Shown here piece after piece: positions 23,078-36,160 of a DNA stretch of 64,000 nucleotides. A model generated the notes under the pieces. It ran no database searches. It was given only the letters and a program-made list of their open reading frames with translations, and was not told where the DNA came from. The DNA is from Selaginella moellendorffii (taxonomy: Eukaryota > Plantae > Lycopodiophyta). Each line of letters starts with the position of its first letter. The stretch's first letter is position 1. A program made the translations under genes and the position numbers. The stretch lies in assembly GCF_000143415.4 (NCBI RefSeq), contig NW_003314281.1, forward strand, positions 1,775,882-1,839,881, in the 5' to 3' direction.

Positions 23078-23143
23078 GACTTGAGTTGACTTGTGTTGAA
23101 TTGAGCTCAACTCATGAGCTCAACTCAACTTTGGACCATCCCC
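23078..23143 (-). repeat. Right TIR plus subterminal repeats
   Basis: TTGAGCTCAACTCATGAGCTCAACTCAACTTTGGACCATCCCC, inverted relative to 10519-10577. Confidence 0.85.
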
Positions 23144-26100
23144 GCTAGTAGCAGGTTGTACTCCTTGTAGTAAGTCTTGCAAGCTAACCTCGTTTAGTTG
23201 AGTATTTTGGCAACCCAGATTGAGTAAGGTGTTTGTGATAAAATCCTTAAAGACAGTCTTTTGAACATGCTTTGGAGTTGCATATGAGTTTCTTATAGTC
23301 TCTTCCTGCATAGCATCTTTGAAACGGTTGAAATAACTCTTTTGTATCCCTTCTTGCATTGGATGTATATGTGTGCCAATATACACTGCAGCTCTTCTAG
23401 CCACTCCATCCCATGGAAGAAAGAAGTACATCTTGGCCTCATAGATAGCATGATATAGAGGAGCATTTTTGCAGAATCAACACTTGAATCCAACAGTAAT
23501 GGTGTCATAGATTGGAGGATTGACTGCAAACCCTTCAAAAAATATAGAATTTCTATAGCAGTCTTGATTGCATGCTTCATCTACGCAATCTAAATACCCA
23601 CCACAATGCATTATAGATACTGTGCCTTCAAAATGTTGGAAGTGCGTAGTCTTGATCTTGCATCAATTATGGATATCTTGCTTGGTTTCCATCCCCTTCC
23701 GTTTGGAACTTGTACTATTGACAAGAGGTGGTAACTTGAAGAAAATGTTGCCATTGTAGGAGGATGGAAGCTCGCTCACGAGCCTATATAAAAACAAATG
23801 CACATTGATTGAGAGGTGCAAAAATTAAAAAGCATTGCTAACGGTTTTGAATATTGCTGAAGCAAGCTAGTGAATTCGATGCCGATACTAGCATGACTTC
23901 TCCACTTGAACTAAAAGAAGACAAAAGGATAACAACTGACTCTTTGGAGCACATCTTAACACTTTGACTGAAGATCCAAAAACTTGAATCTCCTTCAACT
24001 TAGAATTCTATAAATCCTATTGCTATCCACCCTTGCCCACACCAGAAAAAAGAAACTTTGAGCATGCAAATATACTGGGTCATTACGAATTACAGCCTCT
24101 AAAGAAATAGAGCCAAGACGAAGATCAAAACACTGATATAAAAAACTTTTAGAAACAATACTTTGAAAAAATGAAAGAGGTGGGTGATCTTGAAAATGAA
24201 GAACAAACCTCTCCATCCTTCTCAATAGGTTTTGGAGTTCTCTCTCTCTTTATATCACTTGTAAAAATCCATAGTGAAATTTAAGGAGAGTAATAAAAAG
24301 AATGTCAATAATGTATAAAATGAATTAAAATTCTATAGCAAATTTAATATGTGCAAGTGTGATAATATTAATATTATTGTATGTTTGATGTATGTATACA
24401 CATAGATCCAAGGAAGGATTTTCAGCATGTGAAGTTTAATAGTCAATAATAATATCAATAATGACATTCTACTATAGTGTGTTAATGCAAGAGATCCAAT
24501 CTGATTGTCAACACGTGTGATATGTCAAGTTGTCAAATTTTAAGAGGTAGATGATGATAATTCTTGTCAAATCTTATTCTTCAATGACAAATTTGATTCA
24601 TAGTACAACTTGAGATTTATCCATAATTGTGAATACTGCTCAATGACATTTAAAGCACATGCCTATTATTTAGATCTAATACAACATAAAATAAATTTCT
24701 GGATAAGGATTCATCCATTCATAAATGAATATAGTATAACAAATTTTAATGTGCCTTATTTATACTCTTTAAAATTCTTATAATGATTCTAAAATATGTA
24801 CAAAATATTGATGAGAATGTATCCTTTCTAGATAATTTGGAAAAAATAATATCATCTCTCTAATAACAGAAAAATTGATAGATACTAGTTATATCATCAT
24901 TAAAATATAAAAAATAAAAAACCATAATTCACATATAATAATATTGATAAGATAAGATAAGATTGAAGATATTGTGATGGTTGAGATTTAGGTTATTTGG
25001 AATGAACAGCCAGGATAAGAGATTGGTTAGGGTTAGGGCAGTTGTCAAGCTGCCAAAATTAGGTTATCATGAGTGGAGAGTGTGAGAAATTGAAGGATTG
25101 AGTGTGAAGGAGATCGAGGGATTGAGCGTGCACGACATCAAGGGATTGAGTGCACAAGAGATCGAGTGATTGAGCATGCAAGAGATTGAAGGATTGAGCA
25201 CGCAAGAGATTGAGAAATTGAGCGTGGAGCACATGAGTGCAAGAGATTGAGCACACAAGTGGAAGAGATCGAGTGCGGGAGAGTGTAGGAGATCGAGGGC
25301 ATGAGTGTAAACACGAGTTGAGATTGAGAGTGAGAGAGTGTAAGAGATCCAACATGATTGAGAGATCATGAAGGAAAAATGCCACCAAAAATGAGTTTCC
25401 ATTTGATTGTTTCCATGTTTTTTCTTCTTGCTTCTATCACCTTCGGTCACTGGCCCAAGCTTGACCTCGGGCACTTTAGCCACCCGAGGGGCTAACCTAA
25501 TTTGAATAGCCTCGGCCCCTCGAGTGGCTAAAGTGCTTGAGGTGGCCCACCTGAGCTTGACTTTGGGCACTTGGCTGCTTGAGTTTGGGCCTATTTGATA
25601 TTTTTATTTTTTTCTTTGATTGTTTGAATTTCTTATTATTTTTGTTTAATTTTACTAACAAAATTTCTTCTCTTGCAAAAAAAGAAAATTGTACCACTTA
25701 AAAAGGTTGTTGAAGCCGAAAAATTAAATTCAGCACTAATGAAGACATTACGATCGACATGTCCATTGGTACATCAACAAAAACACAATTGCTTAGAAGT
25801 CCACCACCTCCACCACCATCGCCTCCGCTATCACCACTTCCACCACCACCATCACCACCGCCACTACCACCATTGCCACCACCACTACCACTATTGCCTT
25901 TGCCCTTGCCACCACTACCACCACCCCCACCATCACCACTACCACCTCCATCTTTACTCCTCACTGACCCACCACGAGCACAAATCTTTGAAGTTGGGCA
26001 ATCTAACGGTGTTCGTGATAGGGAACTTGAGGAACAACTTGGAGTTGATAAAGTTGCAGACCTTCTTGACAATGTGGTGGATAAGCACTTCCAAGAGACT

Positions 26101-29100
26101 ATTATGCAAACGAGGGAAAAAGTAGTTTACCAAACACTTGAAGTACTCAAGTGGCCAGGCCTTTGTGACTTGATTAGAGAAATCCCCTTTTGCCGTTTAC
26201 AGTAGACAAATCTTGTGTGCATAGCATCCAAGTATGTCAACCAAGACATATATAATTTATTCAAACAGAATAGCCTTATGATGAATATCAGTATGTTTTT
26301 AGTCTCTTTTTGCAAGTCAGGAACAATAGAGATCGTTACTATCACACTCGAGATTATGAATAGCTAGGATCCTATTTGGAGAAGGAAGTCCCAGGAATTT
26401 AATAACATGCTTATCAGACATCCTAAAACTCGATAGCTTGCAGGGACAATGTTCTAAATTATTGATAGTAACCACTGATATGGGGCTTGAATGAAGTGTA
26501 TCAATAATCATTTTCGTGATGATCCCATCTACTATGTCAACATTCCAGTCGGCCATATCTACGTGAGGGGACCTCTGGATGTCAACAGACTTATCTTGGC
26601 CTGCTAAAAGATCAATGCATAAGTTTTATAATTTTACCTCCAACTCCAATTTAACTTGTTTTGTCATGTTTAAATGTAGGCCTGGGCAGTTTGCTGTTCA
26701 AAAGCAAAACCTTGTCCATAACATTGAACAACTTCGATTTCTGGCAAACTTGAGTAAGTATGACATCCACTAACATTATGGTGATGTTTGGCACTCACGC
26801 ACTTGAAATGACAGTACAACTTGGTTTAACAACCCAATCAATTTTATGCTTGTTGTGTGGTGTAAAGTATGTCTTTCTCTTTCACTTTATAAGAGCCTCT
26901 TTTTATTGTTTTTATTTTTAGCCTTTGGTAAAGGTTAAGCAAGATGCTTACTAGCTTGCATATCCAAAGAAGAGTCAAGAAGAGCTTTTTGCTAAGTTCG
27001 TATAAATTGAGCACAAAATTTAGCATACAAAGTCTTCAAAGTTGAAGAAACTAGTATGCATTGTAGACAATTGTAGGCTAAAGGAGTGGCTAGAGACTAT
27101 AGTTGAAATTTCTTCTCATAAATATAAGTTTTTTATCACACTTCATTTTTCTCAATTGTGCATATATTACTTTTGTAGTGAACAAAACTCTAAATGACAT
27201 GATTTACAATATTGCAAAATTGAAGCTTCCATATAAGCAACAAATAGAGACTCTAAAGTTCCTCAATATCTGTTTGATAAACAAAGAGAAAGGACTGCCA
27301 AAACTATTTAAGAACATGATGAAAAGGGCTATCTATATCACACAAACTATAAGTGAAGGTGAAAAGTTCTTGACACCTCATATTAGTGACAATCCAGATG
27401 GCAGTTCATATTTTTTGACACCTACATCAACATATCATTGGAAACGATTGAAGAGGGGTGGCTACCAGAGAAGTCTACAGGCACATCAACTTATGATTGT
27501 CAACATAATTAGCTTTATTTCATGTGACGTGCAACTTACATGTATAACATGATTTCTAAGACTTTTTTTAAATATATATTGTTTACAGGTATCTTCAATA
27601 TAAAGGCATGCCATTTGAGGCACCAGTTTGCACTCGACTTATTGCAAAGGGTGTAAAGGATGGAAGAATATACCCAACAATGTTTGCAAGAGTTCCAAAA
27701 GCACGGAAGATAGAATGCCCTTGGGAGTTGGAGCTCCTAAGGAAGGAGACTTCTACATTGGACTAGGAACAAGTTGACAATGGAGATGAAGATGAGGAAG
27801 CTCTAGATCAAATTTGCATTCCACCACCAGACAGCCAGGATCAGACTCCAGTTCAACCATCAAACAGCCAAGATTCAGATTAGGTTCCACCAGTAAATAA
27901 TGATGATCAAGTGGTTCATAGAATATCATGTCGACCTCAAGGTAAGAAAAAGTGAATTTTACAAATAAAAGGTGGTAATATATGTTTTTTGCAGCAATGA
28001 CTGTTGGTAGTAATTTCATTTCAGCCTTTTGAAGAAAAGTTAGAGGAACTCTCATCAACAACACGCTATATGATAGTAACATATTATTCATTACTTTTTT
28101 CATTCACTTAGCTCTTCTATAGATCCATCTTGTTTCCCCAATAACACAATGAGGCATTGTGGGTGTCTTCATTGGCTTTTATAGTAGATTGTTGACATCT
28201 TTCACAGAAGATGACATCAACATGGATATATGGTGCCAATTCAGCCGTTGGTGCCGAAAGATACAAATGCTTTTGCTCCCAGTTGTGAATTTCATTCTCT
28301 TCGACTTTCCAGATGACTTTTCAAATATTGATGGGAAAGTTGAGGACTGGTACTTTCTTACACCTAACCACATGCGTGATGCATTCCTTTTGTCTAAAGC
28401 ACTTATGCTTGAAGTTGGCCATGTCATCGCCATCTTACTGAACGACCCCAATTAGATGTATGAGCTTATAACGTGTGCAACAAAAATTCATTTCAAGTCA
28501 TCCTCTTCCAGGTGCATTATAGATTCTATTGGCATCAATACTAGGGGCGTCCAAAGGAAGCCTAAAAAGGTGAGTATATATTTTATATTTTTATCTAATT
28601 TCTAAACTTTTTATTTTCCAGGTTATGATATGGACCTATCATGCCTTCTACAAAAACACATATGATGGGTTTCATGATAGCGAATGTGTAGCATATGTTT
28701 TGCTTGGGTATGATAGTCCCACTAACATCATACCCAACCTTGTGGATGAGCAAATCCATAACACATTTTTAGGGTATTGATTTCGAACTCTATCAGTGAT
28801 ACAAGTCTTGCTTAAGCTGTATTACGCACCAAATGGTGTTGTGATTGATTGCACAGCAGGTAGCAATTCTATAGTGGAAGTAGCACATGACTCTAGTAAA
28901 TCAGTATTTGGTATTGAAGAACATCATTTCTTCAAATGCCGGCTCAGAGGATTTTGTGAGTTGCCCCCAACCTCAAGGAGGTAAATTATGTTTATTAAAA
29001 TTTTAATATATGTTTAGTTCTATTTTATAAATCACAGTCACCTGGAGTTTCTAGAATTGGAGGCTTTGAAAATCTCCCCGACTATGCAAAAGCCATGGCT

Positions 29101-29538
29101 CAATATATGCAAAGTGAATCTTCCCTACAATACCAATATAGGAGGAAGCATAAAAGAAATTAATATATTGATGATGAAGTAGAAGAAAGTTAATTGCATC
29201 CTTATCTGTCAGATGTAGTGAAAGTGTCAAATGTCAGTAAATACATCAGATATTAGTGATAGTGTTAGATGTTAATGATAGTGTCAGATATCTTAATTAC
29301 AAATTATCATTCTCACTCATCACCATCACTTTGTAGCACTTGTGTGTTGTTATCTCCTCCTTCAACATCTTGTAAACAATTGTATGTGATATGATAGCAC
29401 CTTCTAGAACAAAATATGTTACCTATAATTAATATCATTTTATTATATTTTTTCTTTTAAAAGTTAGTATAATAAAGTAATTCTAGATCTTACATTCCAC
29501 TGTAGGGTGGCCTAAAAACCCACCATATTTTGCACTAG
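23144..29538. mobile_element. Outer copy, right part: transposase exon 1, intergenic region, degenerate ParB-MTase gene; truncated inside ORF B
   Basis: Colinear with 13842-21435; similarity stops at TATTTTGCACTAG (29538); no right TIR found. Confidence 0.9.
25379..29193 (+). pseudogene. Degenerate outer copy of the ParB-MTase cargo gene
   Basis: Same exon order; NFILFDFPDD and VIDCTAGSNS retained; many transition-derived stops and lost splice sites. Confidence 0.85.
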
Positions 29539-30071
29539 ATGATTCTTTTATTTACTAAGTTCAAGAATGTTGGATTAGATATGAGAATTATCATCGTATC
29601 TCTCCTTAATTGTCCATGTTAATAAAATCAATTTAATTCAATTTAAGAAATATTGGTTACAGTAATCTCTCTAACTTAGAGCTCAACACAAGTATTTTGT
29701 TAGTAAGCTTATAGTGTTCACTTGCCATATAAATAATCAAAGAAATATATTTGATTGGAAATGAATGGATTGGAAATATTCATATAGAAAGAATTTTAAA
29801 ACATAAATTTTCTATAATTCCCTCAATTTTTCTTTCAAAGAATACAATATTTGTTGTTTTGATACTATTCCAATGCAATTTATAATATATTAAAAAATCA
29901 AAACAGTATTTTGCTAACTGCACATCATATGCTGGGCAATATCTAATTTATTAAATAAGATAACACCCCCAACAAACATATTCTGTTACCATATTTATTC
30001 AAAGATTTAGTAGGACAAAGATAATGATTTAGAATATGCCTGGTTTGGTGAGATAAATAGGGTTTGATGTA

Positions 30072-30655
30072 GCACAAACAATAGAGAGGCAGGATCTCGA
30101 GGATAGGATTCTAGCGTTATTGCATGTGAAAGCTTTGCTGCGTGCAAGATCTGTGTGCCACAGGTGGAGAGCAGTGATTGACAGTAAGGAATTTACCAAA
30201 GCCAGTCTAGCTCAGCTGACGACCTCTCCTACACGATCTACTCGCCAACAGAAAAGTGCATTGACGTGTTTAACTCGTTGTCCTGGTCGTGGCGGTGCCA
30301 TCGGGAGTATGTGCCGCCACGTGGGTGGGCCTTGTGGACAAGGTCATACCCATACACGTGGCTACTGGAGGGCAACACTGCCTTGAAGAATGGCGGTCAA
30401 CAGTTTGGTGTGATAGGCTATGACTTGGGATCAAACCGGTGTTGGATCGAGCATGAGTGGAGTGCTGCTCCTGAGGCTGATAGAATGGAGTCACTCCAGG
30501 CCATTGTACGGCTTGACAATGGTGATATGATTGTCTTTCTTTGGGATAGAGTGTTTGTTTCAAGGCCTGGTAGTTTGGAGAGGGTGCACAATTTCAATTA
30601 TCCTAGAGAATTCTTGTGTCCAAGGGAACAGATAACAGTTTTTACTGGAATATAA
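30072..30655 (+). pseudogene. F-box protein gene, frameshifted
   Basis: DLEDRILALLHVKALLRARSVCHRWRAVIDSKEF is an F-box motif; the C-terminal part continues in another frame (30266-30655). Confidence 0.7.
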
Positions 30656-31239
30656 CACAAGTCCCTCTACTTGTGTACAGCTTATTACAGCTTTAGGAAC
30701 GTAATATTTGATTATAAGAACAAAGAGTGGATAGAATCGGTCGGGCAAGTCAGAGAATTAGAGTCACGTCCCAAGGAGCGTTTTGTTTTACCTTTTGCTG
30801 CCACTTTGCTTTGACGTTCTTTTTGTTTTTAAGAAAATTTGTAGAGACTGCGAGAATTTTCTTGCCCGTAATAGCTTTTCAAGTGGTGTTCGTTCGAAAA
30901 CCTCAAAACTTCTTTTTGAGAAAGCTGTACCTGCTGTGTTGTGCCTTTCAACTACATTGTAAATATGATGCAAGGTGATCTCGTCTAAATCTTCAGGCTT
31001 ATCCAAATTAGCTATAAAGTTCATAATATTGTATTTGCAAAGTATCCCACATGAATCAAGTCATATGCCATGTAAAATCACCAATTGCGGAAAGGGAATT
31101 TTGCCACCAGTCTCCGAGGTTCACACTTCCATATATACAGACCAGGTCCAAGAGAGGATAGTCAACTTTCATCTCTGACACTCCCCATTGTCACTCTCAT
31201 GCCCATAAATCCACATCGTGTAATTCCGTGTCACTGGAT

Positions 31240-31430
31240 CCCACAGCGTTCCGAGAAACAAGATGCCACAACGGCATCGCATCAAACAACCTCTTGGCTT
31301 GATCAAATTTCGAGTTCTTGGAGAGCATTGTAGCAAAATAAAAAAAAACCCTCATGCCCGAATTGGGCATGTGCCAAAAGCATCACGCTCCAGGATATCT
31401 GGGGCATCTGATCGAACAAATCTCTTCACA
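31240..31430 (-). pseudogene. PPR gene fragment
   Basis: Minus strand reads DLFDQMPQISWSVMLLAHAQFGH and KFDQAKRLFDAMPLWHLVSRNA, both PLS-type PPR motifs. Confidence 0.65.
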
Positions 31431-34336
31431 ATCAACATCACCACTAGAATGGCTGCTTCCGCAGAGCCCTAAGAGGAAAGGATAGAAGGATAGCGGAAAG
31501 CATGGTTTAAAAACCGTCAAAAGGTGGAGAGAGAACCAAACCGAGTGCCTGCTTCATCACACAAAGATCTTGTCTCAAAGTTCTTACGAAATGGATCAAC
31601 TCTTTGGAATTCCAGGACAACTTCCAAGTTTGTGCCTGACGCGCTGGAGCTGGGTGAAGAGGTTGGGAAGGCCTCCCTGGATGAGATTGCAGTGGAGCTT
31701 CTCAACCTTGCTGCGAATCTCCTCGATCCTGGGATGCTTGTTATCGCCTGCTATAAACCTGTGCATCCACCTCCAACTGGGATTCTATCTGGAACTTGTC
31801 CCTCATCTTCTCCGGCCTCCATGTCCGCAGCAGCCTAGATATTAGCCAGGAGCACGAAGGAGTGATGCTGTCTGGGTCAATCTCCGAGTATCTATCTATC
31901 CACAGCTCTCTCGGCTCTAGCGCACGACCGCAGAGAGTCAACAGCGTGTTGAGGTATATGCTCTCTATGACATATGATCCTAAGTGGCAGGAGTGCCACT
32001 TCACTGATCCTATTATATATGATTATCCCTTCAAATCATCCTTGTCCATTGTAGCTTCCACATATCTTTTCATGGTATTGGAGCATCAGAGTGCTGTCCA
32101 GAGGTAAGCAGGTAGAGGCAATGCTGAGTGTTGGGCTGTGAGAGGGAGGGAGAGAGCCATTAGGGCTCTAGCCAAGGAGGCTTGATTGAGGTTGAGACAA
32201 TGGGAGCTTCAGCCGAGGACAATGAGTCCTTCTGTGTGAGATCTTGAGAGACGGCCATGGGACAATCCAAGAGGTAGAGAGTAGTGGGTTCCAAAGAGGT
32301 AGAGCTATAGGTTTTTGAGAGGGAGACATATTCCTATTGTGGATACAACAAAGTGCTTGGATGTAGATTTATGTTATTGAGATTGAGAGGGAGTGTTGAG
32401 GTATATGTTCTCTATATCATATGATCCTAAGTGGCAGGAGTGCCACTTCATCGATCCAGGTATAGGCTAGAGGTGGTGGTGGTGGTGGTGGTGGTAGGTG
32501 TATATTTGGGGCCCAATATAGCTATGATATTATATACAATTATCCTTCGAGTCATCCTTGTCCATTGTAACTTCTGTGCATATCTCTTCACAACTCCCTC
32601 AAGCCTGTCATGTTCGTGAGCATGGGAGCACCTGCCTATGAAAATACCAAAGTTAGTGACCATGGCCCTTATCAACAAAGCACAAGTCTACCTGTGTGTG
32701 ATAGTGGCCAAGACTCCCTACGAGCTGCCAACCTACCTCGCTCCCAAGCACATCTATGACAACTAGTCATCACAGCCGACTTGTAAGGAAAGAACAGCTT
32801 GATTCTCAAAATGAAAAGGTAGCCAGCAGTAGCTGGTGGAGCTGGAGCAACACCAGCTCGTTGTAGCACTGGTGGACCTCTTGCAGTACTGGACGGTGCT
32901 GGGACACTGCCACCTCTTCTGCAAGTACAGGACACTCAACTGGGGCGTCATCTCCCCATGCCTGTACAGGCTGCACATGGACGCTACTTCCCGCAGGCAG
33001 TCATCCAAGGTTGAGTCTTCCAGGAGAGAGTAATCTGCCACCATGCATTTCTGCAAAACCAATGAGGAGGATAACTATAGATGCATCCTGTAACATCGAT
33101 CACTCACCTTGAGGAACGATGTGTCAGACCTCAGTGCCAAAAAGAACCTCTCGTGGCTGCGTTCTGACAGTGGGACGTTCTTGTGCAGCTCAGCATCACC
33201 ATACCCCTGGATATCCCAGCGTGCAATGACTCCATGGCAAAGACGTACATGCCACCTCGAGTCTCGTGGATGACAAAGCCCGCAAGCATCTTCGAGAGCA
33301 GTGCCTGAGATACGTACTCGAGATATGCTGCTCCCATGCGGCCCAGGCTGCACATATTGTAGTTGGCCACCGCCTTGGACTTTAGCTGTAACTCCACTCC
33401 ACATTGCTTTTTCGTGCTGGCATTTTGCATTCTGCCAACAAACCATGTAAAAGTTGAAATATCTTTATACAGATTTTTTACTTGCATTTAAATTTGGTTA
33501 TTATTTTATTTTATTCTAAATTAACTTTTTCCTCAATAAAAGTTAAACCTAAGGTTCCTATACTTATATTGTACGGTCTAGATCCAGAAACTTGATTAGG
33601 CTGGTGTAGATCCTTGCTTCATCCCATAAAATATTAATGGTGACCATTTAAAACTGCAATGCATAGTGGATGAGGATTTAGAGCCTTGTACTTTATTGAT
33701 GGTGATGCACTCTATCATTATCATTGAACATGTTGATGAAGCATTGAATAAAGAAATTGAAATTCTAAAGAATAGGATTGCTCTTTTCGAAAAGGGAATA
33801 AAAGTAGGAAAGAGTAAAAAGAGATTTAAACAAGAAGTTATATTGACTAAATTATATAACAATTTAAAGTCTAATTTGGTTAAAGAAGCCCATCATATGC
33901 CATCAAATTTTGTTAGCATATTAATCTTTGGCTCTAAACTAAAAAACCATTGTTGATGCTAAATAATTTGCTAGAGCCACAAATAAAATGCCCTATTAGA
34001 TTACTCTAATGATTTATAGAACTTTCATAAAGTATCAAGATTTAATTGAAGTTGGAAGAAAAGGATTTAAGAAAGCTATTGATATAAAAGTGTTCAAACT
34101 GTTAGGATCATGTTGTTGAGAAGCAGAAAGACGACAAAACTAGTAATAAAATGCTAAGACAATAGAGAAGAAAAGATGAATTTATATTAAATACACTAAG
34201 TATAAAGTCCTCAAACTATACTTTTATAAGAGCTTTGGAAACTAATCTACACCTAATCTAGAAACTTAATCTTAGTAGGTCTTAAATTTCAAATTTCATA
34301 TAAGTGTTAGAACTTATGTGCCTTGCATCCTAAGAC

Positions 34337-34458
34337 TACTCAATTGATCCTACCAGTAGTCATATGCTTGTCTCAAAAATTAAGCCATACATAAGTAAGT
34401 ATAAACTGCTTTATATTGTGAAAATACAAATGGCTCATTAATCAGTAATAGTTTATTG
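34337..34458 (+). pseudogene. Degenerate 5'-terminal ~120-nt fragment of 18S rRNA gene
   Basis: TTGATCCTACCAGTAGTCATATGCTTGTCTCAAAAATTAAGCCATACAT...AATGGCTCATTAATCAGT matches the eukaryotic 18S 5' end, with mostly G>A changes. Confidence 0.9.
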
Positions 34459-34972
34459 GCTAATAGTGGTAAATATACTCCTCAATAAATATAGAAAAAT
34501 AACAAATACATAATAATTAATATTATATGCATAATCTTTAGCAAGGGCACAAGAGTATCCTCACCTCAGAGAGAAGCATTATACTAAATCTATTATCTTG
34601 GTAGATTGGATCATATCAAGTAAAAAGCTCCATAGATTTACTACTTTATTTGAATTGATGGACAAATTCTAAACATGTGGCATATTTATCTTGAATGAAT
34701 CCATTCATCTGTAGCAATACTTAGGGGGGAGTAGTGTGAGTTTTCTATGTATGGTATCTATATATACCTTGTAGATACAAATAAGATTAGCACATGCTAA
34801 ATATTTATGCCTTTGGCCTTCATGATGATGTCAAATATGTCATTCATGTTTTCTCATCTAGATCCACCATCTCTCATATCTACTATTAATATTGCTATTC
34901 ATTATGATAATCAATTGCAAGAATAATGATTGGAGTGTGGTCATCAAACCTTTATTTTTTGTAAAATGGCCC

Positions 34973-35064
34973 CATGAGTAAGGTGTAATTCCAATGGAGA
35001 TTACATGAGTAAGGTGTAATTCCAATAGAGATTACATGAGTAATGTGTAATTCCAATAGAGATT
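34973..35064. repeat. 3 x 31-bp tandem repeat CATGAGTAAGGTGTAATTCCAATRGAGATTA
   Basis: Directly visible. Confidence 0.9.
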
Positions 35065-35924
35065 GAAGCTATATGTTAATTATTGTTGAATGACGATATT
35101 AGATAGAAAATCACCTCTACAGTAGATGCAATAGTGATTTGTGAAAATGAAAATATCCAATTCAGTTAGGGGCTGTTTGACTAGATAAGTCATCTCCTCT
35201 TGACTCCATTCTTTATTTATGGATTTCTAAACTTTTCCATGTCATTGCTTATTTATAATCCATTAAGTTTAATTTATTTTTTCAAGTTTTAGGTGATAGC
35301 AATGACTAGAAATAACATTTTCTCATAGCATTCTCTATTGACAATTTGAATTCTAGAGCTAGATGCTTCTACATCTTGAGTAGCATCCAGCTTTTATTCT
35401 AATCTAATTCTTTACAAAAGTTATTTATTTAGTCTTAATCTATTCAGATATTTATTCTTATATTAGCACTTATTTATAAATTCTTATTAATCTCTGGAGG
35501 ATACAGACTTCCAGCAGTGATGATAATTAAGCTCACAATATTACAACAGAAAAATACCAATAATCAAAGTGAAACCAAGGGAACTAGGATTTTAGTTTCT
35601 TAATTTGCATTAGATGTGAGTTTCATTCAAAGTGTCTTACTTCATCATAAAAATTATATAAAGGTATTTTGACATAAAAAATTTATTAGTCTTCTTTTAT
35701 TAAGGTGCAAAGCTAGCACTTCTAGTAACATGTGGAAGATGAAATAAATAAAAAAGATATAAATTTAACAAGATTATAATCTTCATCACAAATATTTTAA
35801 ATCTTAATATTTTTATGAATATTAGCTACTATTTATAGTAAAAAATTTAACATCATCACATTGTATTAAAAAAATTTGCTTTGTCTCATTCACCAAATGT
35901 ATTTACAAAATACTGGAAATGTCA

Positions 35925-36160
35925 ATGACCATTAAGACTGGATATGTTAATGGTGCTGGAACAGATGTAAATATGAATGTGGTATTTACTATTGAGATGA
36001 GGTTTACATTTTCTCAAACTGAACAACACAGATAATAATTTTGAATTTTGAGAGACAAGGTTCTTATCTAAGTGAATATGGTCATATTTATATAATGAAT
36101 TTATCTCATGATAATTGGGGAGGCAAAGCACCTTGGTTGTAGAGTGGGTGCAAATTGCAC
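35925..36160 (+). pseudogene. PLAT/LH2 domain remnant
   Basis: MTIKTGYVNGAGTDVN..., SHDNWG and VEWVQI lie in shifting frames. Confidence 0.6.

Larger units (their letters stand above)
10519..23143. mobile_element. Full-length (~12.6 kb, includes two N gaps) Mutator-like (MULE) DNA transposon with cargo genes, inner copy
   Basis: Left end GGGCACGGACCATACTTGAG vs reverse complement of right end GGGGATGGTCCAAAGTTGAG (15/20 identical). Flanked by 8-bp direct repeat GCTAGTAG (10511-10518, 23144-23151). Removing it restores the sequence seen uninterrupted at 13831-13862. Confidence 0.92.

Noticed and set aside
10519-23143. Classification as hAT, Merlin or Zisupton/KDZ because of the 8-bp TSD
   Set aside because: The core motifs (FD, MADG, CxFH, N..ES.H, SWIM) fit MULE transposases better, though a phylogeny is still needed.
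7230-29538. Simple tandem/segmental duplication or haplotype misassembly
   Set aside because: Permuted order, TIRs and an exact TSD show nesting; divergence is far above allelic level.
33075-33487. Possible kinase remnant (LGRMGAAY...YVFAMESL)
   Set aside because: No catalytic HxD/DFG motifs visible; too weak to call.
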